NCBI RefSeq assembly: GCF_902459465.1
Contig: NC_047076.1
Coordinates: 11,842,001 to 11,906,000, forward strand
Length of the DNA: 64,000 nt
Direction of reading: 5' to 3'
Origin: Asterias rubens
Taxonomy: Eukaryota
Shown: positions 1-13,770 of the stretch, piece after piece
How the letters are laid out: each line of letters begins with the position of its first letter
How positions within the stretch are numbered: the stretch's first letter is position 1
Translations under genes and position numbers: made by a program
Notes under the pieces: generated by a model
Database searches by the model: none
The model's input: only the letters and a program-made list of their open reading frames with translations
What the model was told of the DNA's origin: nothing

Positions 1-807
1 TTGGTGGAATAAAGTTGTTGGAATTTGTCTTAGTTCTACATCTCAGCAAAGCACGAGTGTATGGTTCAATTATAAAATTACACTCTTTTTCACAAATAAT
101 TTACAATTTTTGAAGAATTCAGTTAACAAGTTCTGCAATGTGACATATTCCTTTATTTGTTTCACAAACTTCACAACGAGTGAATCCTATTGGTTCAACC
201 ATGCAAGTTGTTACCTCATATTGTTTGCCTGCTTTATGTGTGGGCGTCTTTAATGTACGAGAAAGAAAAAGGAAAGAAAAGAAGAAGAAAAAATCTCTCC
301 CAATCCCAGACGATTCTACGGCCAGATTATTAAGTCGGGTAACTCAATTCATTTCTTAAAACGGCTAGTGACCATAGGAGACAGTGCTAGAGTCAGGGTG
401 CTTTACCAAGAGCATTGGCTGACTGATCATATTAAGTGTGCCTAGCACCATACTCCCACACAATTTTAAGACGGGTCCCCATCTTTTTTTTTGGGGGGGG
501 GGGGGGTTATGAAAACCCAGATGAATTTTATCAGTTTTTCTTCGCGAGGCTCGTCAGATGAAGGGCTGGTACCAATCAATTTGCAAAGTGTTTCTCCATC
601 TGGAATATCGCCCAGTTTGAGATAATTTTCTTTCAAATCAAATCAACCTGTATCTTTATTTATTTGATTATACATCCAACAGCGTAAGCTCACGTGACGA
701 ATAGGAAACAAGACAAAATGTTCAGTTTCTTTAGATGTGGGAGGAAAACCTTTAGGAAAATCAACACAATCAGATGTGGACTGAAAACCCAATTCTTTCA
801 CAAGCAC

Positions 808-1038
808 TGGGCCCAATTTCAAAGAGCTGCTAAGCACGAAAATTTGTAGCGTGTAATTTTTGCCTTGATAAAAACAGGATTTCCCAACCGAATTTACACG
901 TGATTTTCAGGAAGCAAACAACAGCTGAATACCAGTAACAAGCAATATTCAACCAATGGAAATTTGGTTGGTACTCCTGTTTTTATCAAAGACGAAATTT
1001 CATAAATTGATGTGCTTAGCAGCTCTATGAAATTGGGA
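808..1038. mobile_element. GGCCCAATTTCA-ended MITE family; also at 21775-22020, 31590-31760, 59519-59770 and 63510-63720
   Basis: TIRs GGGCCCAATTTCA.AGAGCTGCTAAGCAC / GTGCTTAGCAGCTCTATGAAATTGGG. Confidence 0.7.
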
Positions 1039-2224
1039 TACGGTGGGATTTTATCCAAACCATCCTTGTACAAAAATGTAGAGACCCATTTTTCTCAGAA
1101 TGATCTCATTAGATGTTAATAAGAGATGTTAAATTTGCATCGGAGATAAAGAATAATATTAATTTTGGTTTTTTACCCATACACCGTTGTGTGTTAGCAT
1201 TAGATGTTCCAAATGTTGAAAAATTTTGCAATGAAAGATTTTCAAATACAATAGCATTTTAACAACACTTTAACGTGAGTTGAGAGACTTGTATTTTTTC
1301 TCGACTCACATGAGGAATCTATCTATTTGGAAAAGAGTAAATCACAAAATTTAATTTGACATTTCCCTTTGATTTCTCTTTAAATTGACCTTAGACGCCC
1401 AGAGCAAACTGGTTGATAAGATCACAATTTAATAATTTAAAACCATTTGATTTATTCATAGCCCAGTATGCTTGCAATCTACACACGTTATGTTGTGCAT
1501 GTGTTGGTAACGCTTGATGCAAACATTTATGGGGGGAAATTAATCTGGACTTCAATGGCTGTGTATATTAGTAGGCATGGTGATATTCAAATTGTTACAT
1601 GAAAATTATTATTTTAAATATATGAAATAGTATACACATAATGAATGTTTATGAGTGCAATAGTGCGAATATGTTCATGAGTTGAAAGATAGAATGTTCT
1701 ATTCAACGAGGCGGAGCCAAGTTGAATGGAACATTCCAGCTTTCAACGATACATTTCGGATGAAACGAAAAAGCACGGTGAGTGACTCAGCGTGCAATGG
1801 TACTTTTATTTGCTATCACGTGACGGACAATCCTCCAATCAAATGGCAAGGATCTGCTTGGGTGTTATATAACATATAATGTACTAAGTGCAGGAGTTTG
1901 CACATGGTGCATTCGCACTTTTTTGGTAGAATGTGTTCAACCTAAACTTTCTAGAATCTTTCAGAACCATCCAAATGAATTGGATGACTATAATGGGCTT
2001 AGGCACGTGATATTTGCAGTCATCTACATGTAGTTAAAGGAGGCAGTGTGGATCATACAAAATTCCTCTGATAATGGTTTTGAAGTAAGTGTACTAGGGT
2101 AGCAGGTGTCCCACATAAACTCATATCGGTTGATTTCGGAGTATTGAGGCAGTAGGGATCCTACATCGATTTTGAAGGATTTAGATTGTCTGAAATTCAC
2201 TCTCTTAACTTCTCTAATTCTTTT

Positions 2225-2620
2225 TACAAGTAATTTCAAGCTGGCGCAAAAACCAGCCATGAAATAGTTACAGAACACACACCATACCAACCACAAAACA
2301 GCCGTCTACAGCAACAGATCCAAGCCAACCCAGGCGCTTTACTAATTTCAAGCTGAGGCAAAAACCAAACATGAAATAGTTACAGAACACACACAATCCC
2401 AACCATGAAACAGCCGTCTACAGCAACAGATCCAAGCATATACCCAGGCACTTCACTAATTTTAAGACGCTCTCTTAACTTCTCTCCCTCTTATAACAAG
2501 CAATTTGCAGCTGGCAAAAAAAAAAACATGAAATAGTTACAGCACACCACAATTCCAACCACGAAACAGCCGTCTAAAGCAACAGATCCAATCCAACCCA
2601 GGCACTTCACATTCAAGCCA
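2225..2620. repeat. Diverged ~105-bp tandem repeat, about 3 copies
   Basis: CATGAAATAGTTACAG...AAACAGCCGTCTA.AGCAACAGATCCAA occurs three times. Confidence 0.85.
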
Positions 2621-3809
2621 CACGCACCTCACCTGTCTTTAGCATGCAATGCCATACCTCTCAGCGACCCAAGGTAGACCTCAGGAAAAAAAAAACTCCT
2701 TAATAAATATCTATTTTTAGCCGATCTCAATCGAGGAGAAGTAGGTAATTTCAACCAAACCGGAGATGCGCGACATGCACAATGTATTACTGGCAGGCAG
2801 ATTATTGGCAAGGAGTGTCCGGTACATGGTGGTTTTCTACATGTACAGCCACTTGGCGGGTAGCTCTGAAGGGAACAACACCATGAATCTTAATTAAGGT
2901 CTAGTACTTTGGCCTTTGTGCAGTTGACACGAGAAGAACAAAGTTTGGGGGAGGGGGGGGGGGTTCCAATCCAAGAACATCTCTTAGTTAAAAAGAAAAA
3001 AAAGCTCTCCAATGCCTTTCTGCACAACTCTGTCGCGCGCGCCAAGATACGTGCACGCATGTCGGACCTTAGTGTCTGACCTTCGTTGCGTTGAGATTGG
3101 TCAATACGCAATGGGGCGGATCTTAATGGATCGGTCTATTGCAATTATGTAACAGTCAACCATCTAAAAACCAACTCTGTTCAACTTAAACCTTTTCGTG
3201 AAAAAAGCAACTACAGTAGTTGTTGCATGCTGCTAATCCAACCAAACAACATGTGGTATAATGTGAAATTTCTTAATGGCCTCTCGTTCTGACCTCTTTT
3301 TCTAAAGCTTTTAGTGTCCAAACAGCCTTCCACACGACATCACCAAAATTCATGAAACGAGTGCCGTCTTCCCTTTATAAAAAAATATATATACATGTAT
3401 AACTCTGCCGAGGTTTTCATTAGAAGATGGGCCTGATGGTTAGAGATGCTATAGAAGAACAGCGACTGTGCCATGGGACAAAATCCGAAAACAAACACGC
3501 CGAGAGACCCTGGTCACTAATTACTAGTACGGCTTCAGGTAAATCAACATTGCTTTCTTGTCAACTGGTCTTTCGACATTGGTGGATCCAGCTACATGTT
3601 AACTGAAATGAAAGATGTACCATCAAAAGAATCAAAGAGACTTATTAAAAAGGGATGAAAGTCAATAAAACACCTTCAACTGAGACAAACAAGCTACCAT
3701 GTGACTAAAATCACATCGATGTAAACAAAATATAATAGGGGGCCTACAATATAGATGTTAATTTTCGCAACAGGGATAAAGAATTGTTTTTTACCCTTGC
3801 ATTGATGTT

Positions 3810-4189
3810 TTAAGGCACTAGACGCTATTGGTAAATACTCAAAATAATTATTAGCATAAAACCTTACTTAGTAACAAGTAATAGGGAGCTGTTGACAGTA
3901 TAAAACACTGTGAGAAACGGCTCCCTCAGAAGTAATGTAGTTTTCAAGAAAGAAGTAATTTTCCACGAATTTGATTTCAAGACCTCAGAATTAGATTTTG
4001 AGGTCTTGAAATCAAGCATCTGAAAGCTCACAACTTTGTGTGACAAGGGTTTTTCTTTCATTATTATCTCACAACTTCAACAACAAACTGAGCTCAACTT
4101 TTCACAGGTTTGTTATTTTATGCATGTTGAGATTCACCAAGCGAGAAGACTGGTCTTTGACAATTACCAATAGTGTCCAGTGGCTTTAA
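3810..4189. mobile_element. TTAA-flanked ~380-bp MITE (Kolobok/piggyBac-type ends), main family
   Basis: Ends TTAA-(A)GGCACTAGAC... and ...GTGTCCAGTGGCT-TTAA. The internal sequence recurs more than 20 times in the window. Confidence 0.85.
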
Positions 4190-4579
4190 AGGGTATGTAC
4201 TTTTTCCTAACAAAAAACACAATGTCCAATGATTTACATTAAACTAACACAGTCTGAAGATTATGATAGTAGAAAGCTTCCTTTGAAATTTTACTTACTG
4301 AGGTAATTTTCGTCTCAGTTGTAGCATGTAAAAATGTATTAACCAGTTATGCTATGGTTTTGGTATAATATCATAACTGGTTAAGGGGATTTTACATGCT
4401 AAAATAATTTTGGTCTCATGAGACCAAAATGATTTTGTGACTTGTTTTACTCATCTCAAAAAACTACACAACCTTAGTTAGTAATATTCGAAGGGAAGCT
4501 TTCCACTACTATTATCTTCAAACCCTGTAAGTTTAATGTAAATTTGTGGACATTTTGAAAAAGTACCCGAATCCTTTAA
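4186..4579. mobile_element. Second TTAA-flanked MITE family, sharing its TTAA with the previous element
   Basis: TTAAAGGGTATGTACTTTTT ... AAAAGTACCCGAATCCTTTAA. Related ends occur near 10560-10660, 14440-14530 and 57636-57757. Confidence 0.7.
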
Positions 4580-5091
4580 CCCTATAAAGGATCAAAATGA
4601 ATATTTAATAAAAATACAGTACCAGTAGTCTGCAATGTAAAGGGCAAGGACATCAATCTACATACACAGTGAAAGAGAAATCGGTCTATAACGATCAATT
4701 CTGAATATTTCATTATAAGCAGTCTCAAATCTCCTTTTGAAAATAACAAGGACATTAGTCATGTAAAATGACACAATAAAATAGAAATGGGTTCAAACTG
4801 ATGATGATTTGTTAATAAACAGAGTATAAAATGCCCTCTGTAAAGGGCATGGTAATGTTTTGTATGAAGTAAGAAGACCATTTCCTATCACCATTACAAG
4901 ATAAATTGCTGCCTGTTATGTAAGCATAGACAGGAGGCCTGTTCAAATGACTTTGGTTTCTGTTGTGAACAATCCAATCGAAGAAACTCCATGAAAATAA
5001 CACAACTAGAACCATAGTGATAGTCAGAGCGTCAGAGGGGGGGTGTCTGTGTGTCTTTCAGACACCATGTTTTAATTTGGACGCCCTCTTT

Positions 5092-5476
5092 TTAAAGACA
5101 CTGGACCCTACTGGTAATTGTCAAAGGCCTGTCTTCTCTCTTGGTGTATCCCAACATACAATAACACATGTATGCACAAAATAACAAACCTGTGAAAATT
5201 TGAACTCAATAGGTTAAAGAAGTTGTGAGAGAATCATAATGAAAGACACCCTTGTCGCACAAGTTGTGTGCTTTCAAATGTTGAAGTTGAGACCTCAGCT
5301 AAATATTCAAATATTGTAGTGAGAAATTACTTCTTTTTCAAAAACTATGTTACTTCAGAGGGAGCCATTTCTCACTATGTTTTATACTAACAACAGCTCT
5401 CCATTGCTCGTTACCGGGTAAGTTTTTATGCTAATAATTATTATGAGTAATTACCAATAGTGTCCAGTGCCTTTAA
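5092..5476. mobile_element. Main TTAA MITE copy
   Basis: TTAAAGACACTGGAC ... GTGTCCAGTGCCTTTAA. Confidence 0.85.
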
Positions 5477-6084
5477 TACTACGTTTTTAAGCGCTATGCG
5501 CATTTCTGACCAAATGAATAGTCCCTAACTGGTTAAACAATAACCACATCCTGAAGGGAATAATATTAAGGGCCAGTGGTCAGACCTTAGGGAACGCATT
5601 ATTCGGTCAGTGGATAGCAAGGTGCATTGAGCATTCTTTATCAGGTTGAGATCTTCGTAGTACATGTACGTAGTACGGCAGATGTGGTAAAAAAAAACTC
5701 TCTTTTTTTCTTGTGGTGAACAAAACTCTTCTGTTTTTCTTCAGGGCAATGGACACTGGTGAATCATTGACCTGAGTTAACACTCAATGCAGTGATCATT
5801 ATTGATTGTGTTTTCAAACGTGTTGACATTTAAAAGGGCACATGTATGACCAGTCTTTGCAACCCTAGGTTCAAATGTTGAACTCCCAGTCAAAGACAAA
5901 AAATTAATGCTGTAGCAGGCCTGTACATCATCCCATGTACATCAATTTCATTTTTGAAAGGTAAGGGCACCACTGCATTTTCTCCTTGGTAAGGACATCC
6001 TAGAGAAGAGGAAATTGTACATTTCTACCGGGGCATTTGAAGGGCACCATGGCAATGACTAGGGGTCATGGAGACAATCGGCTT

Positions 6085-6772
6085 CGTTGACCAGGAGCCC
6101 AAGCCAGAGCTAAGAGCCAAAGCCAGAGCCTGGATCCCAAGCCAATTAATACCAGGAGCTAAAGCCAGAGCCTGGAGCCAAAGCCAGAGCCTGGATCCCA
6201 AGCCAATACCAGGAGCCGAAGCCAGAGCATGGAGCCCAAGCCAGAGCTAAGAGCCAAAGCCAGAGCCTGGAACCAAAGCCAATACCAGGAGCCGAAGCCA
6301 GAGCCTGGAGCCCAAGCCAGAGCTAAGAGCCCAAGCCAGAGCCTAGATCCCAAGCCAATACCAGGAGCTGAAGCCAGAGCCTGGAGCCCAAGCCAGAGCT
6401 AAGAGCCAAAGCCAGAGCCTGGAACCAAAGCCAATACCAGGAGCCTGGAGCCCAAGCCAGAGCTAAGAGCCAAAGCCAGAGCCTAGATCCCAAGCCAATA
6501 CCAGGAGCTGAAGCCAGAGCCTGGAGCCCAAGCCAGAGCTAAGAGCCAAAGCCAGAGCCTGGAACCAAAGCCAATACCAGGAGCCGAAAGCCAGAGCCTG
6601 GAGCCCAAGCCAGAGCTAAGAGCCAAAGCCAAAGCCTGGAACCCAAGCCGATACCAGGAGCCGAAGCCAGAGCCTGGAGCACAAGCCAGAGACTGGAGCC
6701 AAAACCAGGAGCCCAAGCCAGAGCCTGGAACCCAAGCCAGAGCTTAGAGCCCAAGCCAGAGCCAGGAGCCAA
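6085..6772. repeat. Hierarchical T-poor minisatellite (6-mer, 76-mer, alternating dimer)
   Basis: The unit GGAGCCCAAGCCAGAGCTAAGAGCCAAAGCC... starts at 6231, 6307, 6383, 6447, 6523 and 6600. Confidence 0.9.
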
Positions 6773-9252
6773 AGTTGAGGATAGAGAATTGCCCTACAAA
6801 CCGACAAAACTAAATAGACTTTCAAGCAAAGCAAACATGACAACTTGTTTTCCTGAAAAAACAGATCAGTCTATGTCTTGAGCATTAAAACTCTACGTAA
6901 AAGTCATGGCAACTTGCTTTCAAGAAAACAAAATATCCTCTTCAAAAGCTCCCAGGACATATCACGATCTTGAGAAGGAAGAATGAAAACAAAAGAGAAC
7001 AAAAAAGCGGGCTGGTTGCCTTTAAAACTTCAGTCCGAGTCCAGCGAAAAGGTTAAGTATCACTTATAAAGAAAATGCACGTCCAAGTGCAAGCCCGCTG
7101 CGGAGCAGTGTCCCATCACTCCAAAACGCGGGAGACAGAAAAGAAGAAAAAAACGAATCGTTGGCCGAGTGCTGACTGTCCGTTCAAAACCATCCGAGAG
7201 AACCAAACACAACAAAAGAGAAAAATAGCAGCTGCAGTTTGCAACGGAGACGCAATCGATTTGGGATATTTTTTTTCCTGTGTCCGTTTAAAAAAATATC
7301 GCCCCCTTCTAACTAATATGGTGTAAGATTGCGAGATACATTACGGACGAACACATCATTGTGTCGGATCACGTTTTTTATTTGCCCGCCGGCCGTTTAT
7401 CAGTTTTCTTGGTGCCAGGTGTACCGGTTTTAGTTTGTTAAAATGATATCGGTGACCAGGTGTCTCCGATGTAGATACTACATAATATGCATTCAGCAAG
7501 TTAGCGACAGACAACAATCCAATTAGTTGAATTAAGAAATATAGTGTACGCACTCAGATAATTGTAAATCAATGCCATGAATGCTGATATGACAAGGTCT
7601 TAACGAGATAATTAATTGATTAAAACAAATGAATGCTATTTGTCTTGTTGAGGTGTGATTGACACTGTAGGAATGTACTATTTGGTTTGGGTGTACAGTA
7701 AAGACGATGTGACCTGTGACCAAGTGCCTGTGACATCATCACATACATTGTACACAGAGCCTGGACCTATTCGTACACTAATGGAAGAAATTATAAAATC
7801 TTATATTTTATGGAGATTGCACTGTCTAATTCCTATCAACTTTTGATATGATCAAAGGGGGCACATCTCAAAACTTTTCAGATTTTATTTTCACAACTCT
7901 AGGATTTATGTGGAAATTATGACACAAACTGTCAACATTGCCATAGGACCAGTGTCGTATCTTGCCTGCCAGAAAACTCAAAGAACGTACAAGGCCACAT
8001 TGATTGTAAACAGAGTTCACATGGTCTATACAGACAAATTCTTCATTACAACATACAGACAATTTTCCTAAGAAACAAAATGTAAACAATTAGGATTACA
8101 ACTCAATAATGCCATGAATGCTGAGATTTTAATGAGATAATTAATTGAATAAAACAAATGAATGCTAATTGTCTTTTTGAGATATGATAGACATTTAACA
8201 CTGTACATGTTTTACGAGTTCACTGTGTTACAATACGAGTACACTGTTTGGTTGGGTATACAAATTTACTATAAAAAAACAAATTGTACACATCAATCAA
8301 GATTACATTGAGGAGAATCGACGGGAAAGTGTAGATTCGTGGATAGAATGTGCCAGCCGAAGGCGAGTACAATGTAGTAACGAATCAACACTTTAGAGTG
8401 AACTCTGACTTAAACTTTTAATATTTCCCCAATTTTTGAAAAGACAATGATTTCCAAGATAACTATCGCTTTAGTTTTGTACTCTCAACTCAACTGTAGA
8501 TTCATAACGAATCTACAGTTGAGTGTGGACAGTTGTGTCTACAGTTGACAGTCAAGGGTAGATTCGTAAAGTTAATCTACACTTTCATCAAAATTACTTT
8601 CTTTAGACTACTTTCTTTAGACTACTTAATTCAAATAGTGTTGTTTATAAAATCAACAGCTCCCCGGTGCTCATTATGAAGTTGTTATGATCATTAACTG
8701 TTGGTGTCATTCCAAAGTCCTCTTGACAAACAAGTGCTGAGCACGTTGTCCAATGGATACCGTATACATGTACATTCTCTGAAACTTACATGCTAAAATC
8801 TTGACCTAAAGAGGCCTCAATCAGAACTCATTAATATTCATTTATTTGCAATTGCATCAGGCAGGGTAAGCGGGAAGCCAATGATTGAATATCGTTGGTG
8901 GAAACAAATCACGACAAGGATAAGGTCAAAGGTCAACCTTGGCGGTAAACTGAAGAGGGTTTGCGATTTGAAGGTCTCGGGAGTTATCGCTGTTAATACA
9001 GTGGTTATTGAACTGACATTGATTGAGCCAAGACTAAGGTATTGACTATCACTGATGCAATGGACTGGGACATCATTATTTGCGAGGCTGCCTGTGGCAG
9101 TCTTATTATTTATACGGGTCATCTGTACAGGGTTCAACCGAAGATTTTTCAAACTGTGGGGCATTTCTAGACCTAGATAATAGGATGTTTGGTCGAAGCA
9201 CGCTGAATTAAAAAGAATTTTTAATGTGCTCTACATGGTGTTTATTTTGGTT

Positions 9253-9643
9253 TTAAAGACAGCACGTGGACACTATTGGTAATTGTCAAAGACTAGTCTT
9301 CACCGATGGTGTATACTCAACACATGCATACAATAACAAACCTCTTAAAAATTTGAGCTCAATCGGTAGTCGAAGTTGCAAGATAATATTGAAAGAAAAA
9401 CACCATTGTCACACGAAGTTGTGTGCATTTGGATGCTTGATTTCGAGATCTCAAATTCTGAACTTGGGGTCTCGAAATCAAATTCGTGGAAAACTACTTC
9501 TTTCTCGAAATCTACGTCACTTCAGAGGGAGCTGTTTCTCACAATGTTTTATACCATGAACCCCTCCCCATTACTCGTAATCAAGAAAGGTTTTATGATG
9601 ATTATTATTTTGAGTAATTACCAATAGTGTCCTCTGCCTTTAA
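9253..9643. mobile_element. Main TTAA MITE copy
   Basis: TTAAAGACAGCACGTGGACAC ... GTGTCCTCTGCCTTTAA. Confidence 0.85.
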
Positions 9644-12622
9644 AAGCCCTGCAATCTGGAGATATTTGTATGGCTTTCTCTTGAAATTTTGTGATTACTT
9701 CTCTGTGATTACTTTCACAATGCTAATTGAATTTTTATCAAAGTATTTTTGGGTTATTTCTTATGTATCTTGCTATTCCTAGGTTTTGTTGTTAATTGTC
9801 TTTTTAATACTAAAATGTTTGATTTTGTAAGCATATAATTTTTCTATTATAAATACTTCCAGCCACGCTTGTGTTTTTAAACCAAAATAAACAGTTTTAT
9901 GAGTACTTTAGACACTGTATTTCCAGTTAAATCTTTCACGTGTGGCTTTTATTGTATGTTTCTTTATAATTTTACCTATAAATTGACATAACGCTCACAA
10001 AAACCAAACGATGACCATACCTTTACTTGTAAAGCAATTAACTAATCCACAAAAGTAGGCCCCTTTTTTTAAACAGACTGCTTAGAATATTAGACTCTTG
10101 CCCTGTAATCATCACGTCATTTGTCCAGGCTGATTTCCATGCATTGCCAAAAATAGCTTTCCTGGTCAAATTATGCACTTAACGCTGTCTATCCATGCAT
10201 GTTAAAATTCCAATTAAGTTATTTTTTTCTTCATTTTTTGATTCAGTGAAAGGTCTTCAGACCTTTAAGTAAGACGATTTCGGCCATTTTGGTTTCCATC
10301 TCGTTGAAAAAACATTCAAGGCTCCCACAGTGAATTTTTTAACGGAGTCGGCCGCACTACAGCCTGTAGCAAAATGTTGCATTAAGACGGAAGGAGAAAC
10401 GCTCCTAATTTACCTCTCAAGTATACGACACAGAGCATTGTTTTCAGGAGTTGCATAATATCCTTTGTAAATATGCTGAAATGATTGTTGTGAAATTGTT
10501 CTACTCATTTCTAAAAAACCTACAGGACCTCAGCAGTTAATATTTTAGGGGAATCTTTCTTTAAACACTGTACCATCATTATCTTTAAGCCGTGTAAGGT
10601 TCATGTAAATCTGTGGACATTTGTGTGTTGTGTCGTACAAAAAGTACCCAAAACCTTTAATGTTGATGAACGAAGGAAGGATGGTTGATTACTTGCTAAT
10701 GAGAAAGCCCAGCGGGGAGATCCAGAAAAAGTACGCTCTTTATTTGAACATTTTGTTATTTAGTTTTTCCCAGCAGTTTTGTGAACGTGTGTACTTTTCA
10801 ATCATCTTTATTCAAACTCTGGAAAATATGTAAATTCTTGAAAAATGCTTGAATTTAAAAAGTTAATATTTAAATTTTGTATTCTAATATGTCTAAGCTA
10901 AACAAAAAATTATAAATATTGTTTTTTTTATTTTCGAAATACTTGAAAATAACAGTTTTAATTGAAAATACCCAAACATCTCTTTCAAAATTGTGTGCTA
11001 CACAATTACCCAAAAACCAAAAACTTAAGATTTACGCTTACCAAATCTAGTTTACAAAATGTTTCACAAATTTGCCTTTTTTATGCATACTGTACAACTG
11101 TACTATTGTACCCTGTACCAAATTTATAAGAACAACTTCAGATTTACGCTTACCAAATTGTTTACAGGTTGGCTTTTTTTGTGCATTATTGTTTTTAAGC
11201 ATTCTTCAATCCTTTGTTTACACAGCTATTGCAGAAATCTGACTCTGACACTTAATGATGTAAATATAGAGAACCGTGACAATAACTAGTACACGTAAGC
11301 GCAAAAGTCCAAAGTAAGCAGAGATACAAGATAGGATAATTGGAAACTATATAAAACTGGACGCCTAGCATTGTAAATAACAATTTCGCAGTCTTATATT
11401 AAAGCGCCATATCTACCAAACAAGGTACTCAAGGCACTGCAAACTTTCAGAAAGATAGGTTATTGAAGTGATGAATTCTGAGACCCAATTATGTAGCACC
11501 TTTTAAAGGTTTACAGGGTGCTACGGTGCATACAGCAGCCACAGCCAGGAACACTGGGGCGAACCCCGTCTCTTTTTGATAAGTGCACTGGGTTCTTCTA
11601 AACACCACTGCTTATGTATGATTACACATGGGAAAATTAAAGAGCAGGAAGATGCAGTGTATGTAGTAGGACATAATTTATGAAACATAGAAAGACAGGC
11701 ACTAGATCTAGATATAATAAGAATACTGTACAAATTTAATAACTTGGCTCGTGCAAAGAAACAAAATCAATTGAGGCAATGCTTGCAGCATAGATACATA
11801 CAGAGCAATTCGAACCATACTGATGTGTAAAGCATAGAGCAATATCTGCTCTAAACGTATTCTTTGTTTTTTGGAAGTGTATTTTGTTAATCCTACATTC
11901 ATTATGTTATTTGGGCCCTATAGAACAGTTAACACTACTACTCAAAAGGTAGTAGACACATGGTTAACTGCAAACCTCTCTACTGTATACATGTAAATAC
12001 TTCCACCATGCAAAATTTGGATGGTTGAAGCTTTCTGACAACAACGCTTCTCAAATTCAAGTTTTTGGGGACGGAAACCGTATAGCAAAGCAGTTTTACT
12101 TCAGAAAAGGGGGCAAGGTGGTTTTACTTCAAAGAGTTAATGGAAAAAGGGCAAGGCAGGTTTACTTCAGTAGAGGGGTGGGGGAGGGGGGGGGGCAAGA
12201 GATTTTTACTTAAATGGGCTACTCTATGATACGTTATGAGGAAAAGGTAAATTTTCTTCTGGAACATTTCAAAGGGCACCAAGACAATAACCAGGTGCCT
12301 AAAAATACATAGGGTCATTGCTTTTAAATGATGACCATACACTCAGAATATGTGTTTATCCAATTGGAAAAAAAAAACCCATAAATGCCAACAATGATGC
12401 CATGTTGCCAATACAAACACCAGCTCAACACACTTACAGTCAACTCCATACAAAAACTGCCACGCCATTAATATAGTCTGACTTGAACACCTTCAAGCCA
12501 GATCACAGACATGAAGCCTACAGGTTTACCAGCTTCCCTGTGAATTTGTAACACTGTAGCAACAGCACCTCACACTTCATTGCTTTTTTTTTTCTGTCTT
12601 CATTTTTCCCGTCCACCCTTGC

Positions 12623-13392
12623 TTAAAGGCAGTGGACACTATTGGTAATTACTCAAAATAATTATTGGCATAAAACCTTTCTTCATGACGAGTAATGGGG
12701 AGAGGTTGATGGTATAAAACTTTGTGAGAAACAGCTCCCTCTGAAGTGAATTAGTTTTTGAGAAAGAAGTAATTTTCCACGAATTTGATTTCGAGACCTC
12801 AGGTTTAGAACTTGAAGTCTCAAAATCAAGCATCTAAACTTCGTGTGACAATGGTTATTTTTCTTTCATTATTATCTTGCAACTTCGATGACCGATTGAG
12901 CTCAAATTTTCACAGGTTTGTTATTTTATGCATATGATCAGATACAGCAAAAATGTGAAGGCTAGTCTTTGACATTTACCAATAGTGTATACTGTCTTTA
13001 AAGGAACTGGACACTGCTGGACACCTTTGGTAATTATCAAAGACCAGTCTTCTCACTTGGTATATCTCAGCATATGCATGAAATAACAAACCTGTGAAAA
13101 TTTGAACTCAATTGGTCGTCGAAGTTGTGAGAGAATAATGTAAGAAAAAACACTCTCGACGCACAAGTTGTGTGCTTTCAAATGCTTGAATTCGTGAACT
13201 CAGCTTAGGTCTCAAATTAAATTCAAATATTTTAGTTAGAAATTACCTTACACAAAAACTATTTATTACTTCAGAGGGAGCTGTTTCTCACAATATTTTA
13301 TACTATCAACAGCTCTCCATTGCTCGCTACCAAGAAAGTTTTTATGCTAACAATTTGTTTGCGTAATTACCAATAGTGTACAGTGCCTTTAA
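12623..13392. mobile_element. Two main TTAA MITE copies in inverted orientation sharing one TTAA (12998-13001)
   Basis: 12623-13001 and 12998-13392 carry the same internal sequence in opposite orientations. Confidence 0.85.
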
Positions 13393-13770
13393 GTCCCATT
13401 TGAATATCCTCAGGGAATTTCTAAGGAGAGGAGGGGGACATGTGAGCGACAGAGTCACTGACCAGGCCAGTTTTAATTTGTTTAATTAAATTTTAATTTG
13501 TGGGCTTTGGCATTTTGGACATCTATAATTGGACAGGAGAAATTATTACTAACAGAATTTGATAGATAACATTGGGATCTGCGGAAAGTGCACACTGCAT
13601 AGGGAAAGCACTTAATTTGCACTTGCCGTTTTTGAACTTCATAATCTGACGTGAGAAATGTTTACTATAGATGTAATTAAAGTCAATAACAGAATTTGAT
13701 ATTGAATAATCAACGGTTTGATTAGATAACATTGGAACCTGTGCAAGTTCACACTGCAAAGAGATAGCAC

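Noticed and set aside
6068-6843. EPKP- or GSGFGS-repeat protein ORFs
   Set aside because: The unit length of 76 shifts frame and introduces stops. There are no splice signals, and the ORFs are by-products of the minisatellite.
7020-7480. CpG-richer patch as an alternative promoter or first exon
   Set aside because: Composition is suggestive only; no coding or splice structure could be tied to a gene.
8838-9164. 108-aa ORF
   Set aside because: It has no recognisable domain and at best faint similarity to a LINE linker region; not supportable.
9376-9627. Recurrent 60-110 aa ORFs such as LDFETSSSKSEVSKSNS
   Set aside because: These are translations of the non-coding TTAA MITE body, repeated wherever the MITE occurs.
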